Source: a bacterium (GTDB lineage Bacteria; Zhuqueibacterota; Zhuqueibacteria; Oceanimicrobiales; Oceanimicrobiaceae). Taken from it: 27,565 nucleotides of DNA. The stretch lies in assembly GCA_046757525.1 (NCBI GenBank), contig JBHHYI010000040.1, positions 1-27,565 on the forward strand, given 5' to 3'. The position numbers were made by a program, and so were the translations under genes. The notes beneath the pieces were generated by a model that did no database searches, was not told the DNA's origin, and was given only the letters and a program-made list of their open reading frames with translations. Every line of letters begins with the position of its first letter. The stretch's first letter is position 1. Below are positions 7,864-17,935 of this stretch, one piece after another.

Positions 7864-10203
7864 ATGGATATTTTACAAGACCAAGGCATAAGTCTAAACG
7901 ACATCATGCGGACTTTGTACCGCGGGCGCAAGATCATTGCTGCTACCTTCTTCTCCGTGGTCCTGTTAACAGGCATCTACACCTTCACGGCTGACCCGGT
8001 TTATGAAGCTTCTGCGAAGTTGATCATCAAGGATGAATCGGGCATGCAGGATGCGATTTTGGGCATATCCAATCTTGGATTCAGTCAGAAGGATATCATG
8101 ATCAACAATCAGGTGGAGATTCTAAAGAGTCGGACCCTGGCCGAAAACGTGATCAACAAATTGATGAAATCCGAACAGGCGGATCAGCTCGAAATTCTCG
8201 GAGTCAACCAAGATGGCGATGAAAACTCGAGAGGCATTCTGGCCAGTTTTTCACGTCTGTTAGAAACCTTTGGCAAAATCCTCAGCGGCGATTCAAATCA
8301 GCAGAAAACTCAAGAAGAACTTTTTGACGAAACAGTGGAGGAGTTGCAGGACAGAATACACGTCGTTCCCATACGCGACACCGACATGATCGATATCCGG
8401 GTCACAGCCTATACTCCCAATGAAGCTTCCTTCATCGCCAACACGCTGACCAAGTCTTTTCTCGACAAGAGTCAACTCGAAAGCCAGGAAGAGGTGCGAC
8501 AGGTCAAGAATTTTCTCGCTGAACAATTGTCCATCGTCAAAAACAAGTTAGTTGAGTCCGAAGAGAAGTTAAAAAAGTACAAAGAGAAAGAGAAAGTGGT
8601 GGCGTTGCCCGAGGAAACCCAGGAACTGGTGCAAAAATTGGCAGAATTCGAAGGGCTTTACAACGAGGCTTTAACCGAATTTAATTCTGCCAAGAAACGC
8701 CTCACTTATATCGACGAACAACTCGCTCAGAATCGTCAGAACTTTGACATAGAGACAATTTCCATGAGCCCTTATCTTGAGGAGCTCAAAAAGAAGATGG
8801 CAGAAATTGAAGGTGCCCGCGCCGTTTTTGTGGCCAGTTTGGTCAACAAGGGCGTGTATGACGCCAACAGCCCGCAAATCAAACAATATGACGATCAGAT
8901 TTCTGAATTGAAGGACCGGTTTAAAACCGAGGTTACTAAGATGGCGTCGGTGGACATTTTGGACCCGGTGAAGTTGTCAGAATCGCTGGTCACCCGCAAG
9001 ATCGAGATCGAAGCCGATATTGAATCCTTAAAGCCCAAAGTCTCTTCGTTGAAAAAAATCGTCGATGATTACAACGCTCAGTTGGAAACCTTGCCGGACG
9101 TAAGTCTCAAGTTGGCTCGTTTAGAAAGATCTGCCAAGGTTGACGAAAAGATATATCTCATGATGCAGGAAAAATTCGAAGAATCGCGCATCACCGAGGT
9201 TGGGCAGCTTGGCAATGCCCGAATCATCGATCCGGCTAAAGCGCCCAAGGACCCGATCAAGCCCAGGAAAAAGCTGAATATGGTATTGGCGGTCTTTATG
9301 GGCTTGGGTTTGGGAATCGGCATCACGTTTGTTCTTGATTTCATGGACAACTCGGTTCACAGCATGGAGGAGTTGGAACGGCAGGGCATTCCTGTCCTGG
9401 GCTCCATCCCCGTGATAAGAGACATGGACAATAAACTCAAGAAGAAAAGGAATGGGACCGTTGATCCGGAGACTGCAAAAATTAGTCGCTTAGAGTCGCG
9501 AATGATTTCTCATTTTGCCCCTAAATCTCCCATTTCTGAGGCTTACCGCACATTTCGAACCAACGTGCAGTACTCGAAAGCCGATAAGCCATTGAAAAGC
9601 ATACTCTTGACAAGTCCGGGGCCGGGCGAAGGCAAATCGACTTCCATTGCCAATCTCGCCATAACTTTGGCCCAACAAGGCAGCCGGGTGCTGTTGGTTG
9701 ATTCGGACTTAAGGCGACCCATACTGCACAACATTTTCAAAGTTGACAAAAGCAATGGCCTGTCCAATCGATTAGTGGGCAGAATAAGTACAAGCGAAGC
9801 CATAAGAAAGACCTATGTCGAGAACCTGTACTTGATGCCCTGTGGTACGCTGCCGCCCAACCCTTCTGAACTTTTGGGTTCGGTTGCCATGAAAGATTTG
9901 ATAGGGGAGTTAAATTCGAGATTCGATGTAATTTTGTTAGACAGCCCGCCGGTGATTGCAGTCACGGACCCGGCAGTTTTGAGTGCCATGGTTGATGGTG
10001 TGGTTATCATCGTGATGGCCGGTCAAACCCACCGCGAGGCTGCGCAACGTGCCTTCACGCTGTTGAAAAATGTGAACTCCCACGTGCTGGGCGCACTGCT
10101 AAACGGCGTGCAGGTGGAAAATATCTACGGCTCTTACTATTACTATTATCACTATCATTACTACGGTAAGGATGGAGAAAAAAGCCGCAAACACCGTGTT
10201 TAA
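7864..10203 (+). CDS. wzc: Polysaccharide co-polymerase / tyrosine autokinase (Wzc/GumC family)
   Basis: Two TM helices flank a coiled-coil periplasmic region. Also present: SEAYRTFRTN, Walker A GPGEGKST, A' LLVDSDLRRP, Walker B ILLDSPP, and the C-terminal Tyr cluster YGSYYYYYHYHYY. Confidence 0.95.
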   Translation: MDILQDQGISLNDIMRTLYRGRKIIAATFFSVVLLTGIYTFTADPVYEASAKLIIKDESGMQDAILGISNLGFSQKDIMINNQVEILKSRTLAENVINKLMKSEQADQLEILGVNQDGDENSRGILASFSRLLETFGKILSGDSNQQKTQEELFDETVEELQDRIHVVPIRDTDMIDIRVTAYTPNEASFIANTLTKSFLDKSQLESQEEVRQVKNFLAEQLSIVKNKLVESEEKLKKYKEKEKVVALPEETQELVQKLAEFEGLYNEALTEFNSAKKRLTYIDEQLAQNRQNFDIETISMSPYLEELKKKMAEIEGARAVFVASLVNKGVYDANSPQIKQYDDQISELKDRFKTEVTKMASVDILDPVKLSESLVTRKIEIEADIESLKPKVSSLKKIVDDYNAQLETLPDVSLKLARLERSAKVDEKIYLMMQEKFEESRITEVGQLGNARIIDPAKAPKDPIKPRKKLNMVLAVFMGLGLGIGITFVLDFMDNSVHSMEELERQGIPVLGSIPVIRDMDNKLKKKRNGTVDPETAKISRLESRMISHFAPKSPISEAYRTFRTNVQYSKADKPLKSILLTSPGPGEGKSTSIANLAITLAQQGSRVLLVDSDLRRPILHNIFKVDKSNGLSNRLVGRISTSEAIRKTYVENLYLMPCGTLPPNPSELLGSVAMKDLIGELNSRFDVILLDSPPVIAVTDPAVLSAMVDGVVIIVMAGQTHREAAQRAFTLLKNVNSHVLGALLNGVQVENIYGSYYYYYHYHYYGKDGEKSRKHRV

Positions 10204-10353
10204 TTTTCAGATGGGTCTGTTTTAACACCAGGAACATCCCTGCCTTGAAGTGTATTCCAGGTACAATATCTCAAGAGTTAGACCAAAGATGTCGATTAAA
10301 CATGGTGTGTAAGTGGGAATTTATAAAGGACTTGAAAACAGGAAAGGAAGCGT

Positions 10354-12996
10354 ATGGACTTAGTTGAACCACATGGAGGGGAATTAATTAATCGCATCCT
10401 TCGTGGCAACGAGCGCCAGGAAGCGATCGAAAAAGCAAAGCATCTAATGCAACTGAGGCTGAGTTCCATTGCCATCTCTGACTTGGAACTCATTGCGGTC
10501 GGCGCCTTTAGCCCTTTGACAGGCTTCATGAAGAAGGCCGATTATGAAAGCGTAGTTGAGAGCATGCGCCTGGCTAATGGGATTGTTTGGTCCATCCCCA
10601 TTACATTGCCCGTGTCAAGGGAGTTTGCTGACCAGGTAAAAGTTGGCCAGGAGATCGTGCTCACCAACGACGACGATTTCCCGTTAGCGATTCTCACGGT
10701 TGAGGAGACCTACACTTACGACAAAATCAAAGAGGCGAAGCATGTTTACCGAACCACCGAAGAGGCGCATCCTGGCGTGGCGCGCTTGTACAAACAAGAA
10801 GAAGTGTTGTTAGGTGGGGAGATCGTGCTCATCAACCGACCACCGGTTCAGGCCTTTCAAGAGTTTAGACACGACCCGGCCCAGACGCGTCGCATGTTTG
10901 CTCACCGCGGGTGGAAACGGGTCGTCGGCTTTCAGACCCGCAATCCGATCCACCGGGCCCACGAATATATCCAAAAATGCGCCCTGGAAATCGTCGATGG
11001 GCTGCTGTTGCACCCTCTGGTTGGCGAAACCAAAAAAGACGACATTCCCGCAGACATTCGCATGACCAGTTACCAGAGCCTTCTGCGGGACTACTACCCA
11101 CCAGACCGAACCCTGTTGGGCGTGTTCCCGGCAGCCATGCGATATGCCGGACCCAGAGAGGCCATATTCCACGCCATAGCCAGAAAAAACTACGGCTGCA
11201 CCCATTTCATCGTGGGCCGCGACCATGCCGGCGTTGGCAATTATTACGGCACCTACGACGCCCAAAAAATCTTTGATGAGTTCGAGCCGGAGGAGATCGG
11301 CCTCACGCCCCTGTTTTTCGATCATACGTTTTATTGCAAGAAATGTGGAGGCATCGTCTCCGACAAAACCTGTCCGCACGACCAATCGGAACGGTTGATT
11401 CTCAGTGGCACTCAGGTGCGAGAAATGCTGCAACGGGGCGAGGCACCGCCGCCGGAGTTTACCCGCCCTGAAGTGGCGAGCATTCTGATCGAAGGCTACC
11501 GAAAAGTGCGAGAAGCACAGCAGCAGGAAAAGCCGCCGGCACCCCAAAAAGAGCCGCCGGTCCAGCCTGCCGTAAAACCCGAGCCCCTGAAAAGGAGCGC
11601 TTCCGGCAAGAGAAGAGTTTTCGTGATCGGTCTGGATTGTGCCCCGCCGGAGTTCATATTTGACCAATTCAAATATGAGCTGCCCAACCTGAGGGGCCTG
11701 ATGGACAAAGGACTTTACGGCAAGCTAAAAAGCTCGACCCCGCCCATAACCGTGCCAGCCTGGGCCTCCATGTTGAGCGGTAAGGACCCCGGGCAGTTGG
11801 GCTTCTACGGCTTCCGCAATCGTGCAGATTATTCCTACGACAGCATGAACATTGCCACAGCAAATCTGGTTAAAGACGATCGCGTCTGGGACATCCTCTC
11901 CAGAGACGGCAAAAACGTTACGGTTGTTGGCGTGCCTCAGACCTACCCGGTTAAGCCGGTGAACGGTCAGATGATCTCATGCTTTCTAACGCCCTCTACC
12001 CAAAGTCAGTACACCTATCCGGACGATCTGAGGTCCGAAGTGGAAAATCTCGTTGGGGAGTATTTGGTCGATGTGCCCAACTTTCGTACTGAAGACAAGG
12101 ATTGGCTTCTCCGGAAGATTTACGAAATGACTGAGAAAAGATTCCGGGTGGTTCGCTATTTGATGCGGAAGAAACCGTGGGACTTTTTCATGTTTGTGGA
12201 GATGGGAACGGACCGAATCCACCACGGCTTCTGGAAATTCATCGATCCTGAACACAGAAAGTATGAGCCCGACAATCCTTTTGAGAATTCCGTTAAAGAC
12301 TATTACAAATACATCGATCGTGAAATCGGCGAACTGTTGGACCTTTTGGATGAAGACACGGTTGTGTGCGTGATTTCCGACCACGGTGCCAAAAGAATGG
12401 ACGGCGGTATTTGCATCAACGAGTGGCTCATGCAAAATGGCTATCTGACGTTGAATGAAAAGCCAACTTCGGTGATGCCGTTGGAAAAAGCTGACATCGA
12501 TTGGTCGAAAACGACAGCCTGGGCCGCGGGTGGCTATTACGGTCGGCTGTTCTTGAATGTGAAAGGACGGGAACCAAACGGGGTCATCGACCGGGAAGAT
12601 TACCAGCGAGTGCGCAATGAATTGATCGAAAAACTCGAAGCCATTACCGATGAAAAGGGGCAGAGCATCGGCACCAGGGTTTATAAACCCGAACAGGTCT
12701 ACCGGGAGGTTAAGAACATTGCACCGGATTTGATCATCTACTTCGGTGACTTGTATTGGCGCTCCGTTGGCAGTGTCGGTTTAAACAGCATCCATACCTT
12801 TGAAAACGACACCGGACCCGACGACGCCAATCACGCGGAAAACGGCATTTTCATCATGCACGATCCCCAAAATCCAGCGAACGGCCGACAGATCGAAGGC
12901 TTAAGTTTGGTCGATGTTGCGCCGACCATTTTGAATCTATTTGGCCAGAAGATTCCCGAAGACATGATAGGAAAAGTAATCAACAACCCAAAATAA
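10354..12996 (+). CDS. sat: Fusion: sulfate adenylyltransferase (Sat) + Pro-rich linker + alkaline-phosphatase-superfamily (nucleotide pyrophosphatase/phosphodiesterase, COG3379-like) domain
   Basis: The N-terminal ~385 aa carry [46 protein letters not shown]...CPH and FTRPEV. The linker is [23 protein letters not shown]. The C-terminal part carries [35 protein letters not shown] and ANHA..G. It is one uninterrupted frame. Confidence 0.92.
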   Translation: MDLVEPHGGELINRILRGNERQEAIEKAKHLMQLRLSSIAISDLELIAVGAFSPLTGFMKKADYESVVESMRLANGIVWSIPITLPVSREFADQVKVGQEIVLTNDDDFPLAILTVEETYTYDKIKEAKHVYRTTEEAHPGVARLYKQEEVLLGGEIVLINRPPVQAFQEFRHDPAQTRRMFAHRGWKRVVGFQTRNPIHRAHEYIQKCALEIVDGLLLHPLVGETKKDDIPADIRMTSYQSLLRDYYPPDRTLLGVFPAAMRYAGPREAIFHAIARKNYGCTHFIVGRDHAGVGNYYGTYDAQKIFDEFEPEEIGLTPLFFDHTFYCKKCGGIVSDKTCPHDQSERLILSGTQVREMLQRGEAPPPEFTRPEVASILIEGYRKVREAQQQEKPPAPQKEPPVQPAVKPEPLKRSASGKRRVFVIGLDCAPPEFIFDQFKYELPNLRGLMDKGLYGKLKSSTPPITVPAWASMLSGKDPGQLGFYGFRNRADYSYDSMNIATANLVKDDRVWDILSRDGKNVTVVGVPQTYPVKPVNGQMISCFLTPSTQSQYTYPDDLRSEVENLVGEYLVDVPNFRTEDKDWLLRKIYEMTEKRFRVVRYLMRKKPWDFFMFVEMGTDRIHHGFWKFIDPEHRKYEPDNPFENSVKDYYKYIDREIGELLDLLDEDTVVCVISDHGAKRMDGGICINEWLMQNGYLTLNEKPTSVMPLEKADIDWSKTTAWAAGGYYGRLFLNVKGREPNGVIDREDYQRVRNELIEKLEAITDEKGQSIGTRVYKPEQVYREVKNIAPDLIIYFGDLYWRSVGSVGLNSIHTFENDTGPDDANHAENGIFIMHDPQNPANGRQIEGLSLVDVAPTILNLFGQKIPEDMIGKVINNPK

Positions 12997-13022
12997 AACC
13001 AATTTATGGAGGAATTATTTCA

Positions 13023-13646
13023 ATGGAAACACCCAAAAAAGGCGTCACGATTTGGTTTACAGGTTTACCTTCATCTGGAAAATCGACGGTGTCCGAACTG
13101 TTAGCAAAAGAATTGAGAAAGCGTGGCGAAAAAGTTGAAATTCTCGATGGCGATGTGGTACGCACCAATTTAAGCAAGGGGTTAGGATTCAGCAAAGAAG
13201 ACCGGGATATCAATATCAAACGCATTGGCTTTGTTTGTCACCTGCTCAGTCGCAACGGCGTAGTGGCGATTTCTGCTGCCATCTCTCCTTACCGCAACGT
13301 GCGCGATGAAGTGCGCGAACGTATTGGAGATTTTGTTGAAGTATTTGTCGACTGCCCGCTGGAAGAATGCATCCGACGTGACGTCAAGGGGCTGTACAAA
13401 AAGGCCCTGGCCGGCGAGATCAAAGAATTTACCGGCGTCTCTGATCCCTACGAGGAGCCTCTGAATCCCGAGGTGGTGATTGAGACCCTCAAGGAAGAAC
13501 CCCAGGAGAGCGTAAACAAGATCCTGGTCAAATTGGAGGAGATGGGTTATATTGCCAAAGACAGTCAAGACGGTTCCGACCACGCCTACAGCGACGAAGA
13601 AGAAACCGTCATCAAGCAACGGTTAACCGATTTGGGCTACATGTAA
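13023..13646 (+). CDS. cysC: Adenylyl-sulfate (APS) kinase with a C-terminal extension
   Basis: P-loop [41 protein letters not shown] and [19 protein letters not shown] upstream. Confidence 0.96.
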   Translation: METPKKGVTIWFTGLPSSGKSTVSELLAKELRKRGEKVEILDGDVVRTNLSKGLGFSKEDRDINIKRIGFVCHLLSRNGVVAISAAISPYRNVRDEVRERIGDFVEVFVDCPLEECIRRDVKGLYKKALAGEIKEFTGVSDPYEEPLNPEVVIETLKEEPQESVNKILVKLEEMGYIAKDSQDGSDHAYSDEEETVIKQRLTDLGYM

Positions 13647-13700
13647 TCCGTTCTGCACGGGATCCAACAGACGCACCGGCAATCAAAATGAGCATAATAA

Positions 13701-15047
13701 ATGTTTAGCTTCTTAAAGAAAAACAAGGGATCTCGGGTCTTCGTAATTTCCATCGACGGGGTGCCCTATTCCTTCATGAAGGATAACATCGAAAAAGGGC
13801 ATTTTCCCAATTTCAAACGGTTTTTAGTCAACGGCGATTTTAAACGGATGAATTCGGTGCAGCCTACGATTTCATCGGTTGCCTGGTCTTCTTTCATGAC
13901 CGGCAAGAATCCAGCCAAACACAACATCTTTGGCTTTGTGGACCAGAAACCCGGCACGCACGACATTTTTATTCCCACTGCTTTGAACATGACCAGCGAC
14001 ACCATTTGGGACATCATGAGCAAGGCGGGCAAAAAGGTTTTTGTCATGAACGTGCCGGTGACCTACCCACCGCGTGCAGTCAACGGCATCATGATCGGCT
14101 GTTTTCTGTGCACACAGATTGAGAAGATCGCCTCGCCCCCTTCTGTTTCTGCGGAACTCAAGAAAATGGGGTATAAAATAGATGCTGACGCCTGGATCGC
14201 CAGAAAAGATTTGGACGCGTACCTGGTGGAGGTGAATACCGCCCTGGAAAAACGAGTCGACGCCATGTTTCACTATATGCAGAAAGAAGACTGGGACTAT
14301 TTTCAGACCCACATCATGGAAACAGACCGCATGAACCACTTTTTCTGGGAACACATGGAACACGACGACCCCAAATATACCAGCGCATTTTTTGATTTCT
14401 ACCAGCGCGTCGATGAGGTTTTGGGCGAAGTGGAACGCAAGATTGGCGACGATGTAGAATTCATCGTACTCTCCGATCACGGGTTCTGTACCATCCGGAA
14501 AGAGGTTTACCTGAACAACTATTTAGCGGAAGCCGGCCTGCTAAAGTTCAAGCAGACACCACCCAAAAGCCTGGACGACATGCACCCGGAATCGGTCGCT
14601 TACAGTTTGATCCCGGGCAGAATATTCGTAAATCTGCAAGGGCGAGAACCGCAGGGTTCCGTATTGCCGGAGCAGTACGAAGCAACCAGAGAAAAGGTCA
14701 CGGAGCTGCTTCTGAATCTAAAGGAGCACGACAACGGCGATCCTCTCATAAGAGAGGTGCTGAAACGCGAGGAAATCTACGACGGCCAAAACTTTGCCGC
14801 CGCCGCCGACCTGATTGCGGTGCCTTATGATGGCTATGACCTCAAAGGCAACGTTAACAAAGACGTGTTTGGGGAAAAGGGTCCTCTGGTTGGCATGCAC
14901 ACCTATGAAGACTCTCTCTTATTTATACGCAATAGAACGCTTACTAAAAACCACAATGAACTCTGGGTAGGGGATTTGGCACCTACTATTTTGAAGATGA
15001 TGAATATTCCCGCACCAGGTGACATGGATGGTGTAGCGTTGGTGTGA
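13701..15047 (+). CDS. Alkaline-phosphatase-superfamily protein (nucleotide pyrophosphatase/phosphodiesterase, COG3379-like), predicted cytoplasmic
   Basis: Motifs ISIDG, PTISSVAWSSFMTGKNPAKHNIFGF, NVPVTYP, TDRMNH, SDHGF, VNLQGREPQG, GMH and DLAPTIL; no signal peptide. Confidence 0.9.
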   Translation: MFSFLKKNKGSRVFVISIDGVPYSFMKDNIEKGHFPNFKRFLVNGDFKRMNSVQPTISSVAWSSFMTGKNPAKHNIFGFVDQKPGTHDIFIPTALNMTSDTIWDIMSKAGKKVFVMNVPVTYPPRAVNGIMIGCFLCTQIEKIASPPSVSAELKKMGYKIDADAWIARKDLDAYLVEVNTALEKRVDAMFHYMQKEDWDYFQTHIMETDRMNHFFWEHMEHDDPKYTSAFFDFYQRVDEVLGEVERKIGDDVEFIVLSDHGFCTIRKEVYLNNYLAEAGLLKFKQTPPKSLDDMHPESVAYSLIPGRIFVNLQGREPQGSVLPEQYEATREKVTELLLNLKEHDNGDPLIREVLKREEIYDGQNFAAAADLIAVPYDGYDLKGNVNKDVFGEKGPLVGMHTYEDSLLFIRNRTLTKNHNELWVGDLAPTILKMMNIPAPGDMDGVALV

Positions 15048-15078
15048 AAAAATATATCTAAAATAAGCGAGTTTTACG

Positions 15079-16509
15079 ATGAGGGGAATCTTAACAATTA
15101 CGCTTTCAGGGGGATTGTTGCTTGTTCTTATAAATAGCTGTTCACAGTCTCCCAATGGTGCGAAAACGGGTTCCATATCCGGACAAGTACTGTTGGAAAA
15201 TCAGTCGACACACGGGGGCGTGACCGTGGCTTTGTATGAAACAGCATCGTTGGACAGCCTCACAGACGCCCTGACGCGCCAGTATTTGAATTCGAGCTTT
15301 CTTTTAAGCCAGCCCGCAATCTTTGATCATCGTCAAGCCAATTCCATTTCAGAAACCACAACATCAGCGGATGGCTCTTTTAAATTGGAAAAAATTCCGG
15401 AAGGGGAATACAATGTGGTCGCTGAGAAAGACGGTTTTGGGTGGAAATATGTCTATAATGTAGATTTGAATGTTGGCAGCAAATCTCTGGCCCCGTTGAC
15501 GTTGAAGGAAACAAGGGAAGTGCAGGGTACTATAGCAGCAAACGAAACCTGGGAAAGTGATCGGCATTATTTGGTAACAGGTGATATTACCATTCCAACT
15601 GGTGTTTCCCTGACCATTCAAGAAAACACAGTGATAAGATTTGATGGCATCTACAAGATGGAAGTCCAGGGTGATTTAAACTTAACCGGGACTTCTGATG
15701 GATTGGTCTGGTTTACTTCAGCGAATCAAACACCGAGTCAGGGAGATTGGAAGGGCTTATTGATTGATAATCAAAAAAGATCGACACAAGTTGTTAACAA
15801 TTGTAGAATTGATTACGCCAATACAGCGATAGATATTAGTAATTCAGATTTACTTGTTGACAATACTTCTGTTAAAAAAAACAACTTAGGAATTTCAGTA
15901 TTTGAATCCGATGTGACCTTGCAAAATAGTCTGATTTACAAATGTGATCGCGGAATGTTGCAGCAGGGGAATTCAAACATCAATATTCTTAAGAATATTT
16001 TCTCTACTATAAGTGAGAACGACATTATTAATAGCTCATCAAACAATGAAATTTCAGATAATGTTTTTATGGGTGGTAAAGTTTGTCTGTTTTACAGGCA
16101 ATTGCCATCATTAAGTATACGTATACATCACAATCTTTTTCGTGAATATGAGACGGTACTGAGCCTGGAATCTAGTAAAGAGTTTGTTTTATTTAATAAT
16201 AACACGGTAAGAAAATGTACTTCTGAAGGTGTTTTTGCCATTTCTAATTCATATCCAAATTTAGCAAGTAATAATTTTGTAGATAACGATATGCATGTTG
16301 TCACAAAAGGAGGTAGAAGTAAACATGACGAACCTTTACAAACTGCTGATATCCAGGCGGTAAATTGTTGGTGGGGAACAATAAATGAATCAGATATCAG
16401 AGCCAAGATTAGAGATGGTAACACTGATGGCACGGAATCAGAGCTAGGACAAGTAATCATTATCCCCAAACAAGAAAGCGAAATACCAACGGCTTTTCCA
16501 CGAAAATAA
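15079..16509 (+). CDS. Putative lipoprotein with a carboxypeptidase-regulatory-like beta-sandwich and right-handed parallel beta-helix repeats
   Basis: Lipobox-like LLVLINS-C21; GSISGQV...TSADGSF.LE.IPEGEY.V.AEKDGF; FTS....P..GDW.G; Asn/Ile-rich beta-helix rungs; AVNCWWG. Confidence 0.75.
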   Translation: MRGILTITLSGGLLLVLINSCSQSPNGAKTGSISGQVLLENQSTHGGVTVALYETASLDSLTDALTRQYLNSSFLLSQPAIFDHRQANSISETTTSADGSFKLEKIPEGEYNVVAEKDGFGWKYVYNVDLNVGSKSLAPLTLKETREVQGTIAANETWESDRHYLVTGDITIPTGVSLTIQENTVIRFDGIYKMEVQGDLNLTGTSDGLVWFTSANQTPSQGDWKGLLIDNQKRSTQVVNNCRIDYANTAIDISNSDLLVDNTSVKKNNLGISVFESDVTLQNSLIYKCDRGMLQQGNSNINILKNIFSTISENDIINSSSNNEISDNVFMGGKVCLFYRQLPSLSIRIHHNLFREYETVLSLESSKEFVLFNNNTVRKCTSEGVFAISNSYPNLASNNFVDNDMHVVTKGGRSKHDEPLQTADIQAVNCWWGTINESDIRAKIRDGNTDGTESELGQVIIIPKQESEIPTAFPRK

Positions 16510-16525
16510 TATTAAGCAAACAACC

Positions 16526-17935
16526 GTGACAATAATAACAAACTTAGAAAATTACAATTTGCCATCCATTAAACAGCGCTTACTTTCTGGCGGCGCCTGG
16601 GCATTGACGACTAAGATATTGACCGGCGTGGTTTTCCTTCTTATGAACTCCTTACTTACACGTCTTATAACTCCAGAGGACTTGGGGCTTTATTTTTTAG
16701 TCTTAAGTATTGTGATGTTTGGTTCATTGTTTGGAGAAATGGGATTAAGTAGGGTTATCCTGCGATTTGTAGCCGAAAGTTTAGGATTAAATCAATCTGC
16801 AAGTGCAAAACGTATAATTCGTTTAGTGCTTTGTTTAGGTCTCGTTGGGGCCTTAGGCACGGCTATTATTTATATTTTACTGAGCGATCTCTTAGCAATC
16901 TATGTTTTTAAAACCTCTGTTTTGCAACCGGTATCTGGGTTAATTGCTGGATGCATGATCGCAGCAATTCTGAAAAGAATATTAATAGAAATATTTCGTG
17001 GTTTCCATGACATTCGACTGGCCACTTTATTCGGAATAACTGCAGAAGGATTCATTCCTGGATTGTTTCTGCTGATTGGTTTGTTAATTATTTGGTGTTT
17101 TAATATCGCTGATCTTCAAAATGTAGTTCTAATTACAGGAGTTTCTGGATTTAGTACCGTCTTTTTAGCTGGCTGGATCCTGAATCGTAAGCTCAAGCGC
17201 TTGCCAAGTTCGAACGGCCACAACTCCAATAACCTTATAAATACACGTAGGGTTTTAACTGTTGCATTTCCCATGTTGATTACGACTTTGATCAGTTTTA
17301 CTCTAACCATGCAGGCAGATATCTGGATATTAAGTATATTCCGACCGCGGTCAGAAGTGGCTCTCTATGGCGCTGCTGCGCGTTTAATTAGCCTAATTGG
17401 TTTTGCATTGATGATTGTTAATTCTGTAGTACCGCCAATAATTGCGGAGTTAAACGCTCAAGGTCAAACGCATAAACTAGAAAGGGTTTTACGATTAACA
17501 GCTACTTTGGCAGGTCTACCAGCATTTATTATTCTGATAATTCTTGTCCTCTTTAATCGATGGATCTTAGGTTTCGTATTTGGTGAATTTTATACCGGAG
17601 CAGCAGTGGTATTAATTTTGCTAAGCTTTGGTCAACTGGCAAATGTTTCAGCAGGTTCCTGTGGTTTAACTCTTATGATGACTGGCAATGAAAGAACCAT
17701 CATGTGGCTTTCTGTGTTTATAGGTATATTTTCAATTGTCGGTGGTATACTGGCAGCTTCGAAATTTGGAATAATAGGTATGGCAAGTGTTTCAAGTGCA
17801 AGATTAGTTTTACAAAATATCTTGATGCTAATTTATACAAAACACAAAGTAGGTATCTGGACGCATGTGAATCTTTCGATTAATGCTTTACGATTCTATT
17901 TGAGGCCACAAAATTTTGCGATTAAAAGTACGTAA
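16526..17935 (+). CDS. wzx: Oligosaccharide flippase (Wzx/MOP family)
   Basis: Many hydrophobic segments; LTRLITPEDLGLY, EMGL, ADIWIL...EVALYGAAAR and FGIIGMA; located inside the polysaccharide locus. GTG start. Confidence 0.9.
   Translation: MTIITNLENYNLPSIKQRLLSGGAWALTTKILTGVVFLLMNSLLTRLITPEDLGLYFLVLSIVMFGSLFGEMGLSRVILRFVAESLGLNQSASAKRIIRLVLCLGLVGALGTAIIYILLSDLLAIYVFKTSVLQPVSGLIAGCMIAAILKRILIEIFRGFHDIRLATLFGITAEGFIPGLFLLIGLLIIWCFNIADLQNVVLITGVSGFSTVFLAGWILNRKLKRLPSSNGHNSNNLINTRRVLTVAFPMLITTLISFTLTMQADIWILSIFRPRSEVALYGAAARLISLIGFALMIVNSVVPPIIAELNAQGQTHKLERVLRLTATLAGLPAFIILIILVLFNRWILGFVFGEFYTGAAVVLILLSFGQLANVSAGSCGLTLMMTGNERTIMWLSVFIGIFSIVGGILAASKFGIIGMASVSSARLVLQNILMLIYTKHKVGIWTHVNLSINALRFYLRPQNFAIKST

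Noticed and set aside
10123..10165. Low-complexity TAC/TAT/CAC run resembling a microsatellite
   Set aside because: It encodes the normal Wzc autophosphorylation Tyr cluster using mixed codons, so it is not a slippage repeat.
10354..13646. sat/cysC as evidence for dissimilatory or assimilatory sulfate reduction
   Set aside because: No aprAB, cysH or sulfite reductase is in the window. Embedding among polysaccharide genes with sulfotransferases favours PAPS supply.
11608..15047. Calling the two AlkP-superfamily domains sulfatases
   Set aside because: Neither has the formylglycine C/SxPxR signature. Their motifs match the NPP/phosphodiesterase-like branch.
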